Of a DNA stretch of 64,000 nt, positions 38,050-52,451 are shown piece after piece. Source of the DNA: the human T2T-CHM13v2.0 reference genome, Homo sapiens. The notes under the pieces were generated by a model. It was given only the letters and a program-made list of their open reading frames with translations. It was not told the origin of the DNA and did not search any database. The position numbers were made by a program, and so were the translations under genes. The stretch is from NCBI RefSeq assembly GCF_009914755.1, contig NC_060942.1. The stretch is one strand, 5' to 3'. The number at the start of each line of letters is the position of its first letter. Positions within the stretch are counted from its first letter, which is position 1.

Positions 38050-40421
38050 CATTCTCAGAAACTTACTCGTGATGTGTGTCCTCAACTAAAGGAGTAGAAC
38101 CTTTCTTTTCATAGAGAAGTTTTGAAACGCTCTTTTTGTGGAATCTGCAAGTGGATATTTGGCTAGTTTGGAGGATTTCGTTGGAAGCGGGAATTCATAC
38201 AAATTGCAGACTGCAGCGTTCTGAGAAACATCTTTGTGATGTTTGTATTCAGGACACAGAGTTGAACATTCCCTATCATAGAGCAGGTTTGAATCACTCC
38301 TTTTGTAGTATCTGGAAGTGGACATTTGGAGCGCTTTCCGGCCTCAGGTGAAAAAGGAAATATCTTCCCATAAAAACTAGACAGAAGCATTCTCAGAAAC
38401 TTACTCGTGGTGTGTGTCCTCAACTAAAGGGGTAGAACCTTTCTTTTGATAGAGCAGTTTTGAAACACTCTTTTTGTAGAATCTGCAAGTGGATATTTCG
38501 ATAGCTTTGTGGATTTCGTTGGAAACGGGAATATCTTCATATAAAATCTAGAGAGAAGTATTATCAGAAACTTCCTTGTGATGGTTGCATTCAAGTCACA
38601 GAGTTGAACATTCGCTTTCATAGAGCATGTTTGAAACACTCTTTTTCCATTACCTGGAAGTGGACATTTGGAGCGCTTTGAGGCCTATGGTGAAAAAGGA
38701 AATATCTTCCCAAAAAAACTAGACAGAAGCATTCTCAGAAACTTATTTGTGATGTGTGTCCTCAACTGACAGAGTTGAACATTTCTTTTGAGAGAGGAGT
38801 TTTGAAACACTCTTTTTGTGGAATCTGCAAGTGGATATTTGGCTGGCTTTGAGGATTTCGTTGGAAACGGGAATACATATAAAAAGCACACAGCAGCGTT
38901 CTGAGAAACTTCTTTCTGATGTTCGCATTCAAGTCAAAAGTTGAACACTCCCTTTCATAGAGCAGTCTTGAAACTCCCCTTTTGTGGTATCTGGAAGTGG
39001 ACATTTGGAGTGCTTTCAGGGCTAAGGTGAAAAAGGAAATATCTTCCCATAAAAACTGGACAGAAGCATTCTCAGAAACTTGTTTATGCTGTATCTACTC
39101 AGCTAACAAAGTTGAACCTTTCTTTTGATAGAGCAGTTTTGAAATGCTCTTTTTGTGGAGTCTGCAAGTGGATATTTGGTTAGTTTTGAGGATTGCGTTG
39201 GAAGCGGGAATTCATACAAATTGCAGACTGCAGCGTTCTGAGAAACATCTTTGTGATGTTTGTATTCAGGACACAGAGTTGAACATTCCCTATCATAGAG
39301 CAGGTTTGAATCACTCCTTTTGTAGTATCTGGAAGTGGACATTTGGAGCGCTTTCCGGCCTCAGGTGAAAAAGGAAATATCTTCCCATAAAAACTAGACA
39401 GAAGCATTCTCAGAAACTTACTCGTGATGTGTGTCCTCAACTAAAGGGGTAGAACCTTTCTTTTGATAGAGCAGTTTTGAAACACTCTTTTTGTAGAATC
39501 TGCAAGTGGATATTTCGATAGCTTTGTGGATTTCGTTGGAAACGGGAATATCTTCATATAAAATCTAGAGAGAAGCATTATCAGAAACTTCCTTGTGATG
39601 GTTGCATTCAAGTCACAGAGTTGAACATTCGCTTTCATAGAGCATGTTTGAAACACTCTTTTTCCATTACCTGGAAGTGGACATTTGGAGCGCTTTGAGG
39701 CCTATGGTGAAAAAGGAAATATCTTCCCAAAAATCTAGACAGAAGCATTCTCAGAAACTTATTTGTGATGTGTGTCCTCAACTGACAGAGTTGAACATTT
39801 CTTTTGAGAGAGCAGTTTTGAAACACTCTTTTTGTGGAATCTGCAAGTGGATATTTGGCTGGCTTTGAGGATTTCGTTGGAAACGGGAATACATATAAAA
39901 AGCAGACAGCAGCGTTCTGAGAAACTTTTTGGTGATGTTTGCATTCAAGTCACAAAACTGAACATTCCCTTTGATACAACATGTTTGAAACACTCCTTTT
40001 GTCATATCTGGAAGTGTCCATTTGGAGCGCATTCAGGCTTGTGTTGAAAAAGGAAATATCTTCCCATAACAACTAGACAGAAGCATTCTCAGAAACTAGT
40101 TTCTGATGTGTGTCCTCAACTAACACAGTTGTACATTTCTTTAGACAGAACAGTTTTGAAACATTCTTTTTGTGGAATCTGCAAGTGGATATTTGGCTAG
40201 ATTTGAGCATTTCGTTGGAAACGGGATTACATACAAAAAGCAGACAGCGGCATTCTCAGAAAGTTCTTTGTGATGATTGCATTCAAGTCACAGAATTGAA
40301 CATTCCCTTTCACAGAGCAGGTTTGAAACACTCTTTTTGTAGTGTGTGTAAGCGGACATTTGGAGCGCTTTCCGGCCTAAGGTGAAAAAGGAAATATCTT
40401 CCCATAAAAACTAGACAGAAG
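38050..40421 (+). repeat. 14-mer variant ab cd e-j kb cd ef gh, 2372 bp (second copy 44658-47029)
   Basis: e runs into j at ~38880-38900; internal 1017-bp (6-monomer) recurrence 38424->39441; 1-bp deletion in the second d. Confidence 0.9.
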
Positions 40422-43400
40422 CATTCTCAGAAACTTACTCGTGATGTGTGTACTCAACTAAAGGAGTAGAAACTTTCTTTTCATAGAGAAGTTTTGAAAC
40501 GCTCTTTTTGTGGAATCTGCAAGTGGATATTTGGCTAGTTTTGAGGATTTCGTTGGAAGCGGGAATGCATACAAATTGCAGACTGCAGCGTTCTGAGAAA
40601 CATCTTTGTGATGTTTGTATTCAGGACACAGAGTTGAACATTCCCTATCATAGAGCAGGTTGGAATCACTCCTTTTGTAGTATCTGGAAGTGGACATTTG
40701 GAGCGCCTTCAGGCCTATGTTGGAAAAGGAAATATCTTCCCATAACAACTAGACAGAAGCATTCTCAGAAACTTATTTGAGATGTGTGTACTCAACTAAG
40801 AGAATTGAACCACCGTTTTGAAGGAGCAGTTTTGAAACACTCTTTTTCTGGAATCTGCAATTGGATATTTGGCTAGCTTTGGGGATTTCGCTGGAAGCGG
40901 GAATACATATAAAAAGCACACAGCAGCGTTCTGAGAAACTTCTTTCTGATGTTCGCATTCAAGTCAAAAGTTGAACACTCCCTTTCATAGAGCAGTCTTG
41001 AAACTCCCCTTTTGTGGTATCTGGAAGTGGACATTTGGAGTGCTTTCAGGGCTAAGGTGAAAAAGGAAATATCTTCCCATAAAAACTGGACAGAAGCATT
41101 CTCAGAAACTTGTTTATGCTGTATCTACTCAGCTAACAAAGTTGAACCTTTCTTTTGATAGAGCAGTTTTGAAATGCTCTTTTTGTGGAGTCTGCAAGTG
41201 GATATTTGGTTAGTTTGGAGGATTGCGTTGGAAGCGGGAATTCATACAAATTGCAGACTGCAGCGTTCTGAGAAACATCTTTGTGATGTTTGTATTCAGG
41301 ACACAGAGTTGAACATTCCCTATCATAGAGCAGGTTTGAATCACTCCTTTTGTAGTATCTGGAAGTGGACATTTGGAGCGCTTTCCGGCCTCAGGTGAAA
41401 AAGGAAATATCTTCCCATAAAAACTAGGCAGAAGCATTCTCAGAAACTTACTCGTGATGTGTGTCCTCAACTAAAGGGGTAGAACCTTTCTTTTGATAGA
41501 GCAGTTTTGAAACACTCTTTTTGTAGAATCTGCAAGTGGATATTTCGATAGCTTTGTGGATTTCGTTGGAAACGGGAATATCTTCATATAAAATCTAGAG
41601 AGAAGTATTATCAGAAACTTCCTTGTGATGGTTGCATTCAAGTCACAGAGTTGAACATTCGCTTTCATAGAGCATGTTTGAAACACTCTTTTTCCATTAC
41701 CTGGAAGTGGACATTTGGAGCGCTTTGAGGCCTATGGTGAAAAAGGAAATATCTTCCCAAAAAAACTAGACAGAAGCATTCTCAGAAACTTATTTGTGAT
41801 GTGTGTCCTCAACTGACAGAGTTGAACATTTCTTTTGAGAGAGCAGTTTTGAAACACTCTTTTTGTGGAATCTGCAAGTGGATATTTGGCTGGCTTTGAG
41901 GATTTCGTTGGAAACGGGAATACATATAAAAAGCAGACAGCAGCGTTCTGAGAAACTTCTTGGTGATGTTTGCATTCAAGTCACAGAATTGAACATTCCC
42001 TTTAATAGAACAGGTTTGAAACACTCCTTTTGTCATATCTGGAAGTGTCCCTTTGGAGCGCATTCAGGCTTGTGTTGAAAAAGGAAATATCTTCCCATAA
42101 CAACTAGACAGAAGCATTCTCAGAAACTAGTTTCTGATGTGTGTCCTCAACTAACACAGTTGTACATTTCTTTAGACACAACAGTTTTGAAACACTCTTT
42201 TTGTGGAATCTGCAAGTGGATATTTGGCTAGATTTGAGCATTTCGTTGGAAACGGGATTACATACAAAAAGCAGACAGCGGCATTCTCAGAAAGTTCTTT
42301 GTGATGATTGCATTCAAGTCACAGAATTGAACATTCCCTTTCACAGAGCAGGTTTGAAACACTCTTTTTGTAGTGTGTGTAAGCGGACATTTGCAGCGAT
42401 TTCCGGCCTAAGGTGAAAAAGGAAATATCTTCCCATAAAAACTAGACAGAAGCATTCTCAGAAACTTACTCGTGATGTGTGTACTCAACTAAAGGAGTAG
42501 AAACTTTCTTTTCATAGAGAAGTTTTGAAACGCTCTTTTTGTGGAATCTGCAAGTGGATATTTGGCTAGTTTTGAGGATTTCGTTGGAAGCGGGAATTCA
42601 TACAAATTGCAGAATGCAGCGTTCTGAGAAACTTCTTTGTGATGTTTGTATTCAGGACACAGAGTTGAACATTCCCTATCATAGAGCAGGTTTGAATCAC
42701 TCCTTTTGTAGTATCTGGAAGTGGACATTTGGAGCGCTTTCAGGCCTATGTTGGAAAAGGAAATATCTTCCCATAACAAATAGACAGAAGCATTCTCAGA
42801 AACTTATTTGAGATGTGTGTACTCAACTAAGAGAATTGAACCACCGTTTTGAAGGAGCAGTTTTGAAACACTCTTTTTCTGGAATCTGCAATTGGATATT
42901 TGGCTAGCTTTGGGGATTTCGCTGGAAGCGGAATACATATAAAAAGCACACAGCAGCGTTCTGAGAAACTTCTTTCTGATGTTCGCATTCAAGTCAAAAG
43001 TTGAACACTCCCTTTCATAGAGCAGTCTTGAAACTCCCCTTTTGTGGTATCTGGAAGTGGACATTTGGAGTGCTTTCAGGGCTAAGGTGAAAAAGGAAAT
43101 ATCTTCCCATAAAAACTGGACAGAAGCATTCTCAGAAACTTGTTTATGCTGTATCTACTCAACTAACAAAGTTGAACCTTTCTTTTGATAGAGCAGTTTT
43201 GAAATGCTCTTTTTGTGGAGTCTGCAAGTGGATATTTGGTTAGTTTTGAGGATTGCGTTGGAAGCGGGAATTCATACAAATTGCAGACTGCAGCGTTCTG
43301 AGAAACATCTTTGTGATGTTTGTATTCAGGACACAGAGTTGAACATTCCCTATCATAGAGGAGGTTGGAATCACTCCTTTTGTAGTATCTGGAAGTGGAC

Positions 43401-46400
43401 ATTTGGAGCGCTTTCAGGCCTATGTTGAAAAAGGAAATATCTTCCCATAACAAGTAGACACAAGCATTCTCAGAAACTTGTTTGTGATGTGTGCCCTCTA
43501 CTGACAGAGTTGAACCTTTCTTTTCATAGAGCAGTTTCGAAACACTCTTTTTGTAGAATCTGCAAGAGGATATTTGCATAGCTTCGAGGATTTCGTGGGA
43601 AACGGGATTGTCTTCAGGTAAAATCTAGACAGAAGCATTCTCAGAAAATTCTTCGGGATGTTTGCATTCAAGTCACAGAGTAGAACATTCCCTTTGGTAC
43701 AGCAGGTTTGAAACACTCTTTTTGTAGTATCTGGAAGTGGACATTTGGAGCGCTTTCAGGCCTATGTTGGAAAGGGAAATATCTTCCCGTAACAACTAGG
43801 CAGAAGCATTCTCAGAAACTTATTTGAGATGTGTGTACTGAACTAAGAGAATTGAACCACCGTTTTGAAGGAGCAGGTTTGAAACACTCTTTTTGTAGTA
43901 TCTGGAAGTGGACATTTGGAGCGCTTTCAGGCCTATGTTGGAAAGGGAAATATCTTCCCGTAACAACTAGGCAGAAGCATTCTCAGAAACTTATTTGAGA
44001 TGTGTGTACTCAACTAAGAGAATTGAACCACCGTTTTGAAGGAGCAGTTTTGAAACACTCTTTTTCTGGAATCTGCAAGAGGATATTTGCATAGATTTGA
44101 GGATTTCGTTGGCAACGGGATTGTCTTCAGATCCAATCTAGACAGAAGCATTCTCAGAAACTTCTTTGGGATGTTTGCATTCAAGTCACAGAGTAGAACA
44201 TTCCCTTTGGTAGAGCAGGTTTGAAACACTCTTTTTTTAGTATATAGAAGTGGACATTTGGAGCGCTTTCAGGCCTACTTTGGAAAAGGAAATATCTTCC
44301 CATAACAACCAGACAGAAGCATTCTCAGAAACTAGTTTCTGATGTGTGTCCTCAACTAACACAGTTGAACATTTCTTTAGACAGAACAGTTTTGAAACAC
44401 TCTCTTTGTGGAATCTGCAAGTGGATATTTGGCTAGATTTGAGGATTTCGTTGGAAACGGGATTACATATAAAAAGCAGACAGCAGCATTCTCAGAAACT
44501 TCTTTGTGATGATTGCATTCAAGTCACAGAATTGAACATTCCGTTTCACAGAGCAGGTTTGAAACACTCTTTTTGTAGTGTGTGTAAGTGGACATTTGGA
44601 GCGCTTTCCGGCCTAAGGTGAACAAGGAAATATCTTCCCATAAAAACTAGACAGAAGCATTCTGAGAAACTTACTCGTGATGTGTGTCCTCAACTAAAGG
44701 AGTAGAACCTTTCTTTTCATAGAGAAGTTTTGAAACGCTCTTTTTGTGGAATCTGCAAGTGGATATTTGGCTAGTTTTGAGGATTTCGTTGGAAGCGGGA
44801 ATTCATACAAATTGCAGACTGCAGCGTTCTGAGAAACATCTTTGTGATGTTTGTATTCAGGACACAGAGTTGAACATTCCCTATCATAGAGCAGGTTTGA
44901 ATCACTCCTTTTGTAGTATCTGGAAGTGGACATTTGGAGCGCTTTCCGGCCTCAGGTGAAAAAGGAAATATCTTCCCATAAAAACTAGACAGAAGCATTC
45001 TCAGAAACTTACTCGTGATGTGTGTCCTCAACTAAAGGGGTAGAACCTTTCTTTTCATAGAGCAGTTTTGAAACACTCTTTTTGTAGAATCTGCAAGTGG
45101 ATATTTCGATAGCTTTGTGGATTTCGTTGGAAACGGGAATATCTTCATATAAAATCTAGAGAGAAGTATTATCAGAAACTTCCTTGTGATGGTTGCATTC
45201 AAGTCACAGAGTTGAACATTCGCTTTCATAGAGCATGTTTGAAACACTCTTTTTCCATTACCTGGAAGTGGACATTTGGAGCGCTTTGAGGCCTATGGTG
45301 AAAAAGGAAATATCTTCCCAAAAAAACTAGACAGAAGCATTCTCAGAAACTTATTTGTGATGTGTGTCCTCAACTGACAGAGTTGAACATTTCTTTTGAG
45401 AGAGGAGTTTTGAAACACTCTTTTTGTGGAATCTGCAAGTGGATATTTGGCTGGCTTTGAGGATTTCGTTGGAAACGGGAATACATATAAAAAGCAGACA
45501 GCAGCGTTCTGAGAAACTTCTTGGTGATGTTTGCATTCAAGTCAAAAGTTGAACACTCCCTTTCATAGAGCAGTCTTGAAACTCCCCTTTTGTGGTATCT
45601 GGAAGTGGACATTTGGAGTGCTTTCAGGGCTAAGGTGAAAAAGGAAATATCTTCCCATAAAAACTGGACAGAAGCATTCTCAGAAACTTGTTTATGCTGT
45701 ATCTACTCAGCTAACAAAGTTGAACCTTTCTTTTGATAGAGCAGTTTTGAAATGCTCTTTTTGTGGAGTCTGCAAGTGGATATTTGGTTAGTTTTGAGGA
45801 TTGCGTTGGAAGCGGGAATTCATACAAATTGCAGACTGCAGCGTTCTGAGAAACATCTTTGTGATGTTTGTATTCAGGACACAGAGTTGAACATTCCCTA
45901 TCATAGAGCAGGTTTGAATCACTCCTTTTGTAGTATCTGGAAGTGGACATTTGGAGCGCTTTCCGGCCTCAGGTGAAAAAGGAAATATCTTCCCATAAAA
46001 ACTAGACAGAAGCATTCTCAGAAACTTACTCGTGATGTGTGTCCTCAACTAAAGGGGTAGAACCTTTCTTTTGATAGAGCAGTTTTGAAACACTCTTTTT
46101 GTAGAATCTGCAAGTGGATATTTCGATAGCTTTGTGGATTTCGTTGGAAACGGGAATATCTTCATATAAAATCTAGAGAGAAGCATTATCAGAAACTTCC
46201 TTGTGATGGTTGCATTCAAGTCACAGAGTTGAACATTCGCTTTCATAGAGCATGTTTGAAACACTCTTTTTCCATTACCTGGAAGTGGACATTTGGAGCG
46301 CTTTGAGGCCTATGGTGAAAAAGGAAATATCTTCCCAAAAATCTAGACAGAAGCATTCTCAGAAACTTATTTGTGATGTGTGTCCTCAACTGACAGAGTT

Positions 46401-49060
46401 GAACATTTCTTTTGAGAGAGCAGTTTTGAAACACTCTTTTTGTGGAATCTGCAAGTGGATATTTGGCTGGCTTTGAGGATTTCGTTGAAAACGGGAATAC
46501 ATATAAAAAGCAGACAGCAGCGTTCTGAGAAACTTTTTGGTGATGTTTGCATTCAAGTCACAAAACTGAACATTCCCTTTGATACAACAGGTTTGAAACA
46601 CTCCTTTTGTCATATCTGGAAGTGTCCATTTGGAGCGCATTCAGGCTTGTGTTGAAAAAGGAAATATCTTCCCATAACAACTAGACAGAAGCATTCTCAG
46701 AAACTAGTTTCTGATGTGTGTCCTCAACTAACACAGTTGTACATTTCTTTAGACAGAACAGTTTTGAAACACTCTTTTTGTGGAATCTGCAAGTGGATAT
46801 TTGGCTAGATTTGAGCATTTCGTTGGAAACGGGATTACATACAAAAAGCAGACAGCGGAATTCTCAGAAAGTTCTTTGTGATGATTGCATTCAAGTCACA
46901 GAATTGAACATTCCCTTTCACAGAGCAGGTTTGAAACACTCTTTTTGTAGTGTGTGTAAGCGGACATTTGGAGCGCTCTCCGGCCTAAGGTGAAAAAGGA
47001 AATATCTTCCCATAAAAACTAGACAGAAGCATTCTCAGAAACTTACTAGTGATGTGTGTACTCAACTAAAGGAGTAGAAACTTTCTTTTCATAGAGAAGT
47101 TTTGAAACGCTCTTTTTGTGGAATCTGCAAGTGGATATTTGGCTAGTTTTGAGGATTTCGTTGGAAGCGGGAATGCATACAAATTGCAGACTGCAGCGTT
47201 CTGAGAAACATCTTTGTGATGTTTGTATTCAGGACACAGAGTTGAACATTCCCTATCATAGAGCAGGTTGGAATCACTCCTTTTGTAGTATCTGGAAGTG
47301 GACATTTGGAGCGCTTTCAGGCCTATGTTGGAAAAGGAAATATCTTCCCATAACAACTAGACAGAAGCATTCTCAGAAACTTATTTGAGATGTGTGTACT
47401 CAACTAAGAGAATTGAACCACCGTTTTGAAGGAGCAGTTTTGAAACACTCTTTTTCTGGAATCTGCAATTGGATATTTGGCTAGCTTTGGGGATTTCGCT
47501 GGAAGCGGGAATACATATAAAAAGCACACAGCAGCGTTCTGAGAAACTTCTTTCTGATGTTCGCATTCAAGTCAAAAGTTGAACACTCCCTTTCATAGAG
47601 CAGTCTTGAAACTCCCCTTTTGTGGTATCTGGAAGTGGACATTTGGAGTGCTTTCAGGGCTAAGGTGAAAAAGGAAATATCTTCCCATAAAAACTGGACA
47701 GAAGCATTCTCAGAAACTTGTTTATGCTGTATCTACTCAGCTAACAAAGTTGAACCTTTCTTTTGATAGAGCAGTTTTGAAATGCTCTTTTTGTGGAGTC
47801 TGCAAGTGGATATTTGGTTAGTTTGGAGGATTTCGTTGGAAGCGGGAATTCATACAAATTGCAGACTGCAGCGTTCTGAGAAACATCTTTGTGATGTTTG
47901 TATTCAGGACACAGAGTTGAACATTCCCTATCATAGAGCAGGTTGGAATCACTCCTTTTGTAGTATCTGGAAGTGGACATTTGGAGCGCTTTCCGGCCTC
48001 AGGTGAAAAAGGAAATATCTTCCCATAAAAACTAGGCAGAAGCATTCTCAGAAACTTACTCGTGATGTGTGTCCTCAACTAAAGGGGTAGAACCTTTCTT
48101 TTGATAGAGCAGTTTTGAAACACTCTTTTTGTAGAATCTGCAAGTGGATATTTCGATAGCTTTGTGGATTTCGTTGGAAACGGGAATATCTTCATATAAA
48201 ATCTAGAGAGAAGTATTATCAGAAACTTCCTTGTGATGGTTGCATTCAAGTCACAGAGTTGAACATTCGCTTTCATAGAGCATGTTTGAAACACTCTTTT
48301 TCCATTACCTGGAAGTGGATATTTGGAGCGCTTTGAGGCCTATGGTGAAAACGGAAATATCTTCCCAAAAAAACTAGACAGAAGCATTCTCAGAAACTTA
48401 TTTGTGATGTGTGTCCTCAACTGACAGAGTTGAACATTTCTTTTGAGAGAGCAGTTTTGAAACACTCTTTTTGTGGAATCTGCAAGTGGATATTTGGCTG
48501 GCTTTGAGGATTTCGTTGGAAACGGGAATACATATAAAAAGCACACAGCAGCGTTCTGAGAAACTTCTTGGTGATGTTTGCATTCAAGTCACAGAATTGA
48601 ACATTCCCTTTAATAGAACAGGTTTGAAACACTCCTTTTGTCATATCTGGAAGTGTCCATTTGGAGCGCATTCAGGCTTGTGTTGAAAAAGGAAATATCT
48701 TCCCATAACAACTAGACAGAAGCATTCTCAGAAACTAGTTTCTGATGTGTGTCCTCAACTAACACAGTTGTACATTTCTTTAGACAGAACAGTTTTGAAA
48801 CACTCTTTTTGTGGAATCTGCAAGTGGATATTTGGCTAGATTTGAGCATTTCGTTGGAAACGGGATTACATACAAAAAGCAGACAGCGGCATTCTCAGAA
48901 AGTTCTTTGTGATGATTGCATTCAAGTCACAGAATTGAACATTCCCTTTCACAGAGCAGGTTTGAAACACTCTTTTTGTAGTGTGTGTAAGCGGACATTT
49001 GCAGCGATTTCCGGCCTAAGGTGAAAAAGGAAATATCTTCCCATAAAAACTAGACAGAAG

Positions 49061-51095
49061 CATTCTCAGGAACTTACTCGTGATGTGTGTACTCAACTAA
49101 AGGAGTAGAAACTTTCTTTTCATAGAGAAGTTTTGAAACGCTCTTTTTGTGGAATCTGCAAGTGGATATTTGGCTAGTTTTGAGGATTTCGTTGGAAGCG
49201 GGAATTCATACAAATTGCAGAATGCAGCGTTCTGAGAAACTTCTTTGTGATGTTTGTATTCAGGACACAGAGTTGAACATTCCCTATCATAGAGCAGGTT
49301 TGAATCACTCCTTTTGTAGTATCTGGAAGTGGACATTTGGAGCGCTTTCAGGCCTATGTTGGAAAAGGAAATATCTTCCCATAACAAATAGACAGAAGCA
49401 TTCTCAGAAACTTATTTGAGATGTGTGTACTCAACTAAGAGAATTGAACCACCGTTTTGAAGGAGCAGTTTTGAAACACTCTTTTTCTGGAATCTGCAAT
49501 TGGATATTTGGCTAGCTTTGGGGATTTCGCTGGAAGCGGGAATACATATAAAAAGCACACAGCAGCGTTCTGAGAAACTTCTTTCTGATGTTCGCATTCA
49601 AGTCAAAAGTTGAACACTCCCTTTCATAGAGCAGTCTTGAAACTCCCCTTTTGTGGTATCTGGAAGTGGACATTTGGAGTGCTTTCAGGGCTAAGGTGAA
49701 AAAGGAAATATCTTCCCATAAAAACTGGACAGAAGCATTCTCAGAAACTTGTTTATGCTGTATCTACTCAGCTAACAAAGTTGAACCTTTCTTTTGATAG
49801 AGCAGTTTTGAAATGCTCTTTTTGTGGAGTCTGCAAGTGGATATTTGGTTAGTTTTGAGGATTGCGTTGGAAGCGGGAATTCATACAAATTGCAGACTGC
49901 AGCGTTCTGAGAAACATCTTTGTGATGTTTGTATTCAGGACACAGAGTTGAACATTCCCTATCATAGAGGAGGTTGGAATCACTCCTTTTGTAGTATCTG
50001 GAAGTGGACATTTGGAGCGCTTTCAGGCCTATGTTGAAAAAGGAAATATCTTCCCATAACAAGTAGACACAAGCATTCTCAGAAACTTGTTTGTGATGTG
50101 TGCCCTCTACTGACAGAGTTGAACCTTTCTTTTCATAGAGCAGTTTTGAAACACTCTTTTTGTAGAATCTGCAAGAGGATATTTGCATAGCTTTGAGGAT
50201 TTCGTGGGAAACGGGATTGTCTTCAGGTAAAATCTAGACAGAAGCATTCTCAGAAAATTCTTCGGGATGTTTGCATTCAAGTCACAGAGTAGAACATTCC
50301 CTTTGGTAGAGCAGGTTTGAAACACTCTTTTTGTAGTATCTGGAAGTGGACATTTGGAGCGCTTTCAGGCCTATGTTGGAAAGGGAAATATCTTCCCGTA
50401 ACAACTAGGCAGAAGCATTCTCAGAAACTTATTTGAGATGTGTGGACTCAACTAAGAGAATTGAACCACCGTTTTGAAGGAGCAGTTTTGAAACACTCTT
50501 TTTCTGGAATCTGCAAGAGGATATTTGCATAGATTTGAGGATTTCGTTGGAAACGGGATTGTCTTCAGATCAAATCTAGACAGAAGCATTCTCAGAAACT
50601 TCTTTGGGATGTTTGCATTCAAGTCACAGAGTAGAACATTCCCTTTGGTAGAGCAGGTTTGAAACACTCTTTTTTTAGTATATGGAAGTGGACATTTGGA
50701 GCGCTTTCAGGCCTACGTTGGAAAAGGAAATATCTTCCCATAACAACTAGACAGAAGCATTCTCAGAAACTAGTTTCTGATGTGTGTCCTCAACTAACAC
50801 AGTTGAACTTTTCTTTAGACAGAACAGTTTTGAAACACTCTCTTTGTGGAATCTGCAAGTGGATATTTGGCTAGATTTGAGGATTTCGTTGGAAACGGGA
50901 TTACATATAAAAAGCAGACAGCAGCATTCTCAGAAACTTCTTTGTGATGATTGCATTCAAGTCACAGAATTGAACATTCCGTTTCACAGAGCAGGTTTGA
51001 AACACTCTTTTTGTAGTGTGTGTAAGTGGACATTTGGAGCGCTTTCCGGCCTAAGGTGAACAAGGAAATATCTTCCCATAAAAACTAGACAGAAG
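49061..51095 (+). repeat. 12-mer ab ij kb lm op gh lacking hybrid monomer n, 2035 bp (probable canonical D18Z1-type 12-mer)
   Basis: ORF markers 50107->50452 = 345 bp vs 516 bp in other copies; m is followed directly by o at 50416. Confidence 0.9.
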
Positions 51096-52451
51096 CATTC
51101 TCAGAAACTTACTCGTGATGTGTGTCCTCAACTAAAGGAGTAGAACCTTTCTTTTCATAGAGAAGTTTTGAAACGCTCTTTTTGTGGAATCTGCAAGTGG
51201 ATATTTGGCTAGTTTTGAGGATTTTGTTGGAAGCGGGAATTCATACAAATTGCAGACTGCAGCGTTCTGAGAAACATCTTTGTGATGTTTGTATTCAGGA
51301 CACAGAGTTGAACATTCCCTATCATAGAGCAGGTTTGAATCACTCCTTTTGTAGTATCTGGAAGTGGACATTTGGAGCGCTTTCCGGCCTCAGGTGAAAA
51401 AGGAAATATCTTCCCATAAAAACTAGACAGAAGCATTCTCAGAAACTTACTCGTGATGTGTGTCCTCAACTAAAGGGGTAGAACCTTTCTTTTGATAGAG
51501 CAGTTTTGAAACACTCTTTTTGTAGAATCTGCAAGTGGATATTTCGATAGCTTTGTGGATTTCGTTGGAAACGGGAATATCTTCATATAAAATCTAGAGA
51601 GAAGTATTATCAGAAACTTCCTTGTGATGGTTGCATTCAAGTCACAGAGTTGAACATTCGCTTTCATAGAGCATGTTTGAAACACTCTTTTTCCATTACC
51701 TGGAAGTGGACTTTTGGAGCGCTTTGAGGCCTATGGTGAAAAAGGAAATATCTTCCCAAAAAAACTAGACAGAAGCATTCTCAGAAACTTATTTGTGATG
51801 TGTGTCCTCAACTGACAGAGTTGAACATTTCTTTTGAGAGAGCAGTTTTGAAACACTCTTTTTGTGGAATCTGCAAGTGGATATTTGGCTGGCTTTGAGG
51901 ATTTCGTTGGAAACGGGAATACATATAAAAAGCAGACAGCAGCGTTCTGAGAAACTTCTTGGTGATGTTTGCATTCAAGTCACAGAATTGAACATTCCCT
52001 TTAATAGAACAGGTTTGAAACACTCCTTTTGTCATATCTGGAAGTGTCCATTTGGAGCGCATTCAGGCTTGTGTTGAAAAAGGAAATATCTTCCCATAAC
52101 AACTAGACAGAAGCATTCTCAGAAACTAGTTTCTGATGTGTGTCCTCAACTAACACAGTTGTACATTTCTTTAGACAGAACAGTTTTGAAACACTCTTTT
52201 TGTGGAATCTGCAAGTGGATATTTGGCTAGATTTGAGCATTTCGTTGGAAACGGGATTACATACAAAAAGCAGACAGCGGCATTCTCAGAAAGTTCTTTG
52301 TGATGATTGCATTCAAGTCACAGAATTGAACATTCCCTTTCACAGAGCAGGTTTGAAACACTCTTTTTGTAGTGTGTGTAAGCGGACATTTGCAGCGATT
52401 TCCGGCCTAAGGTGAAAAAGGAAATATCTTCCCATAAAAACTAGACAGAAG
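51096..52451 (+). repeat. 8-mer ab cd ef gh, 1356 bp (also 57206-58561)
   Basis: a-monomer starts 51096->52452 and 57206->58562. Confidence 0.9.
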
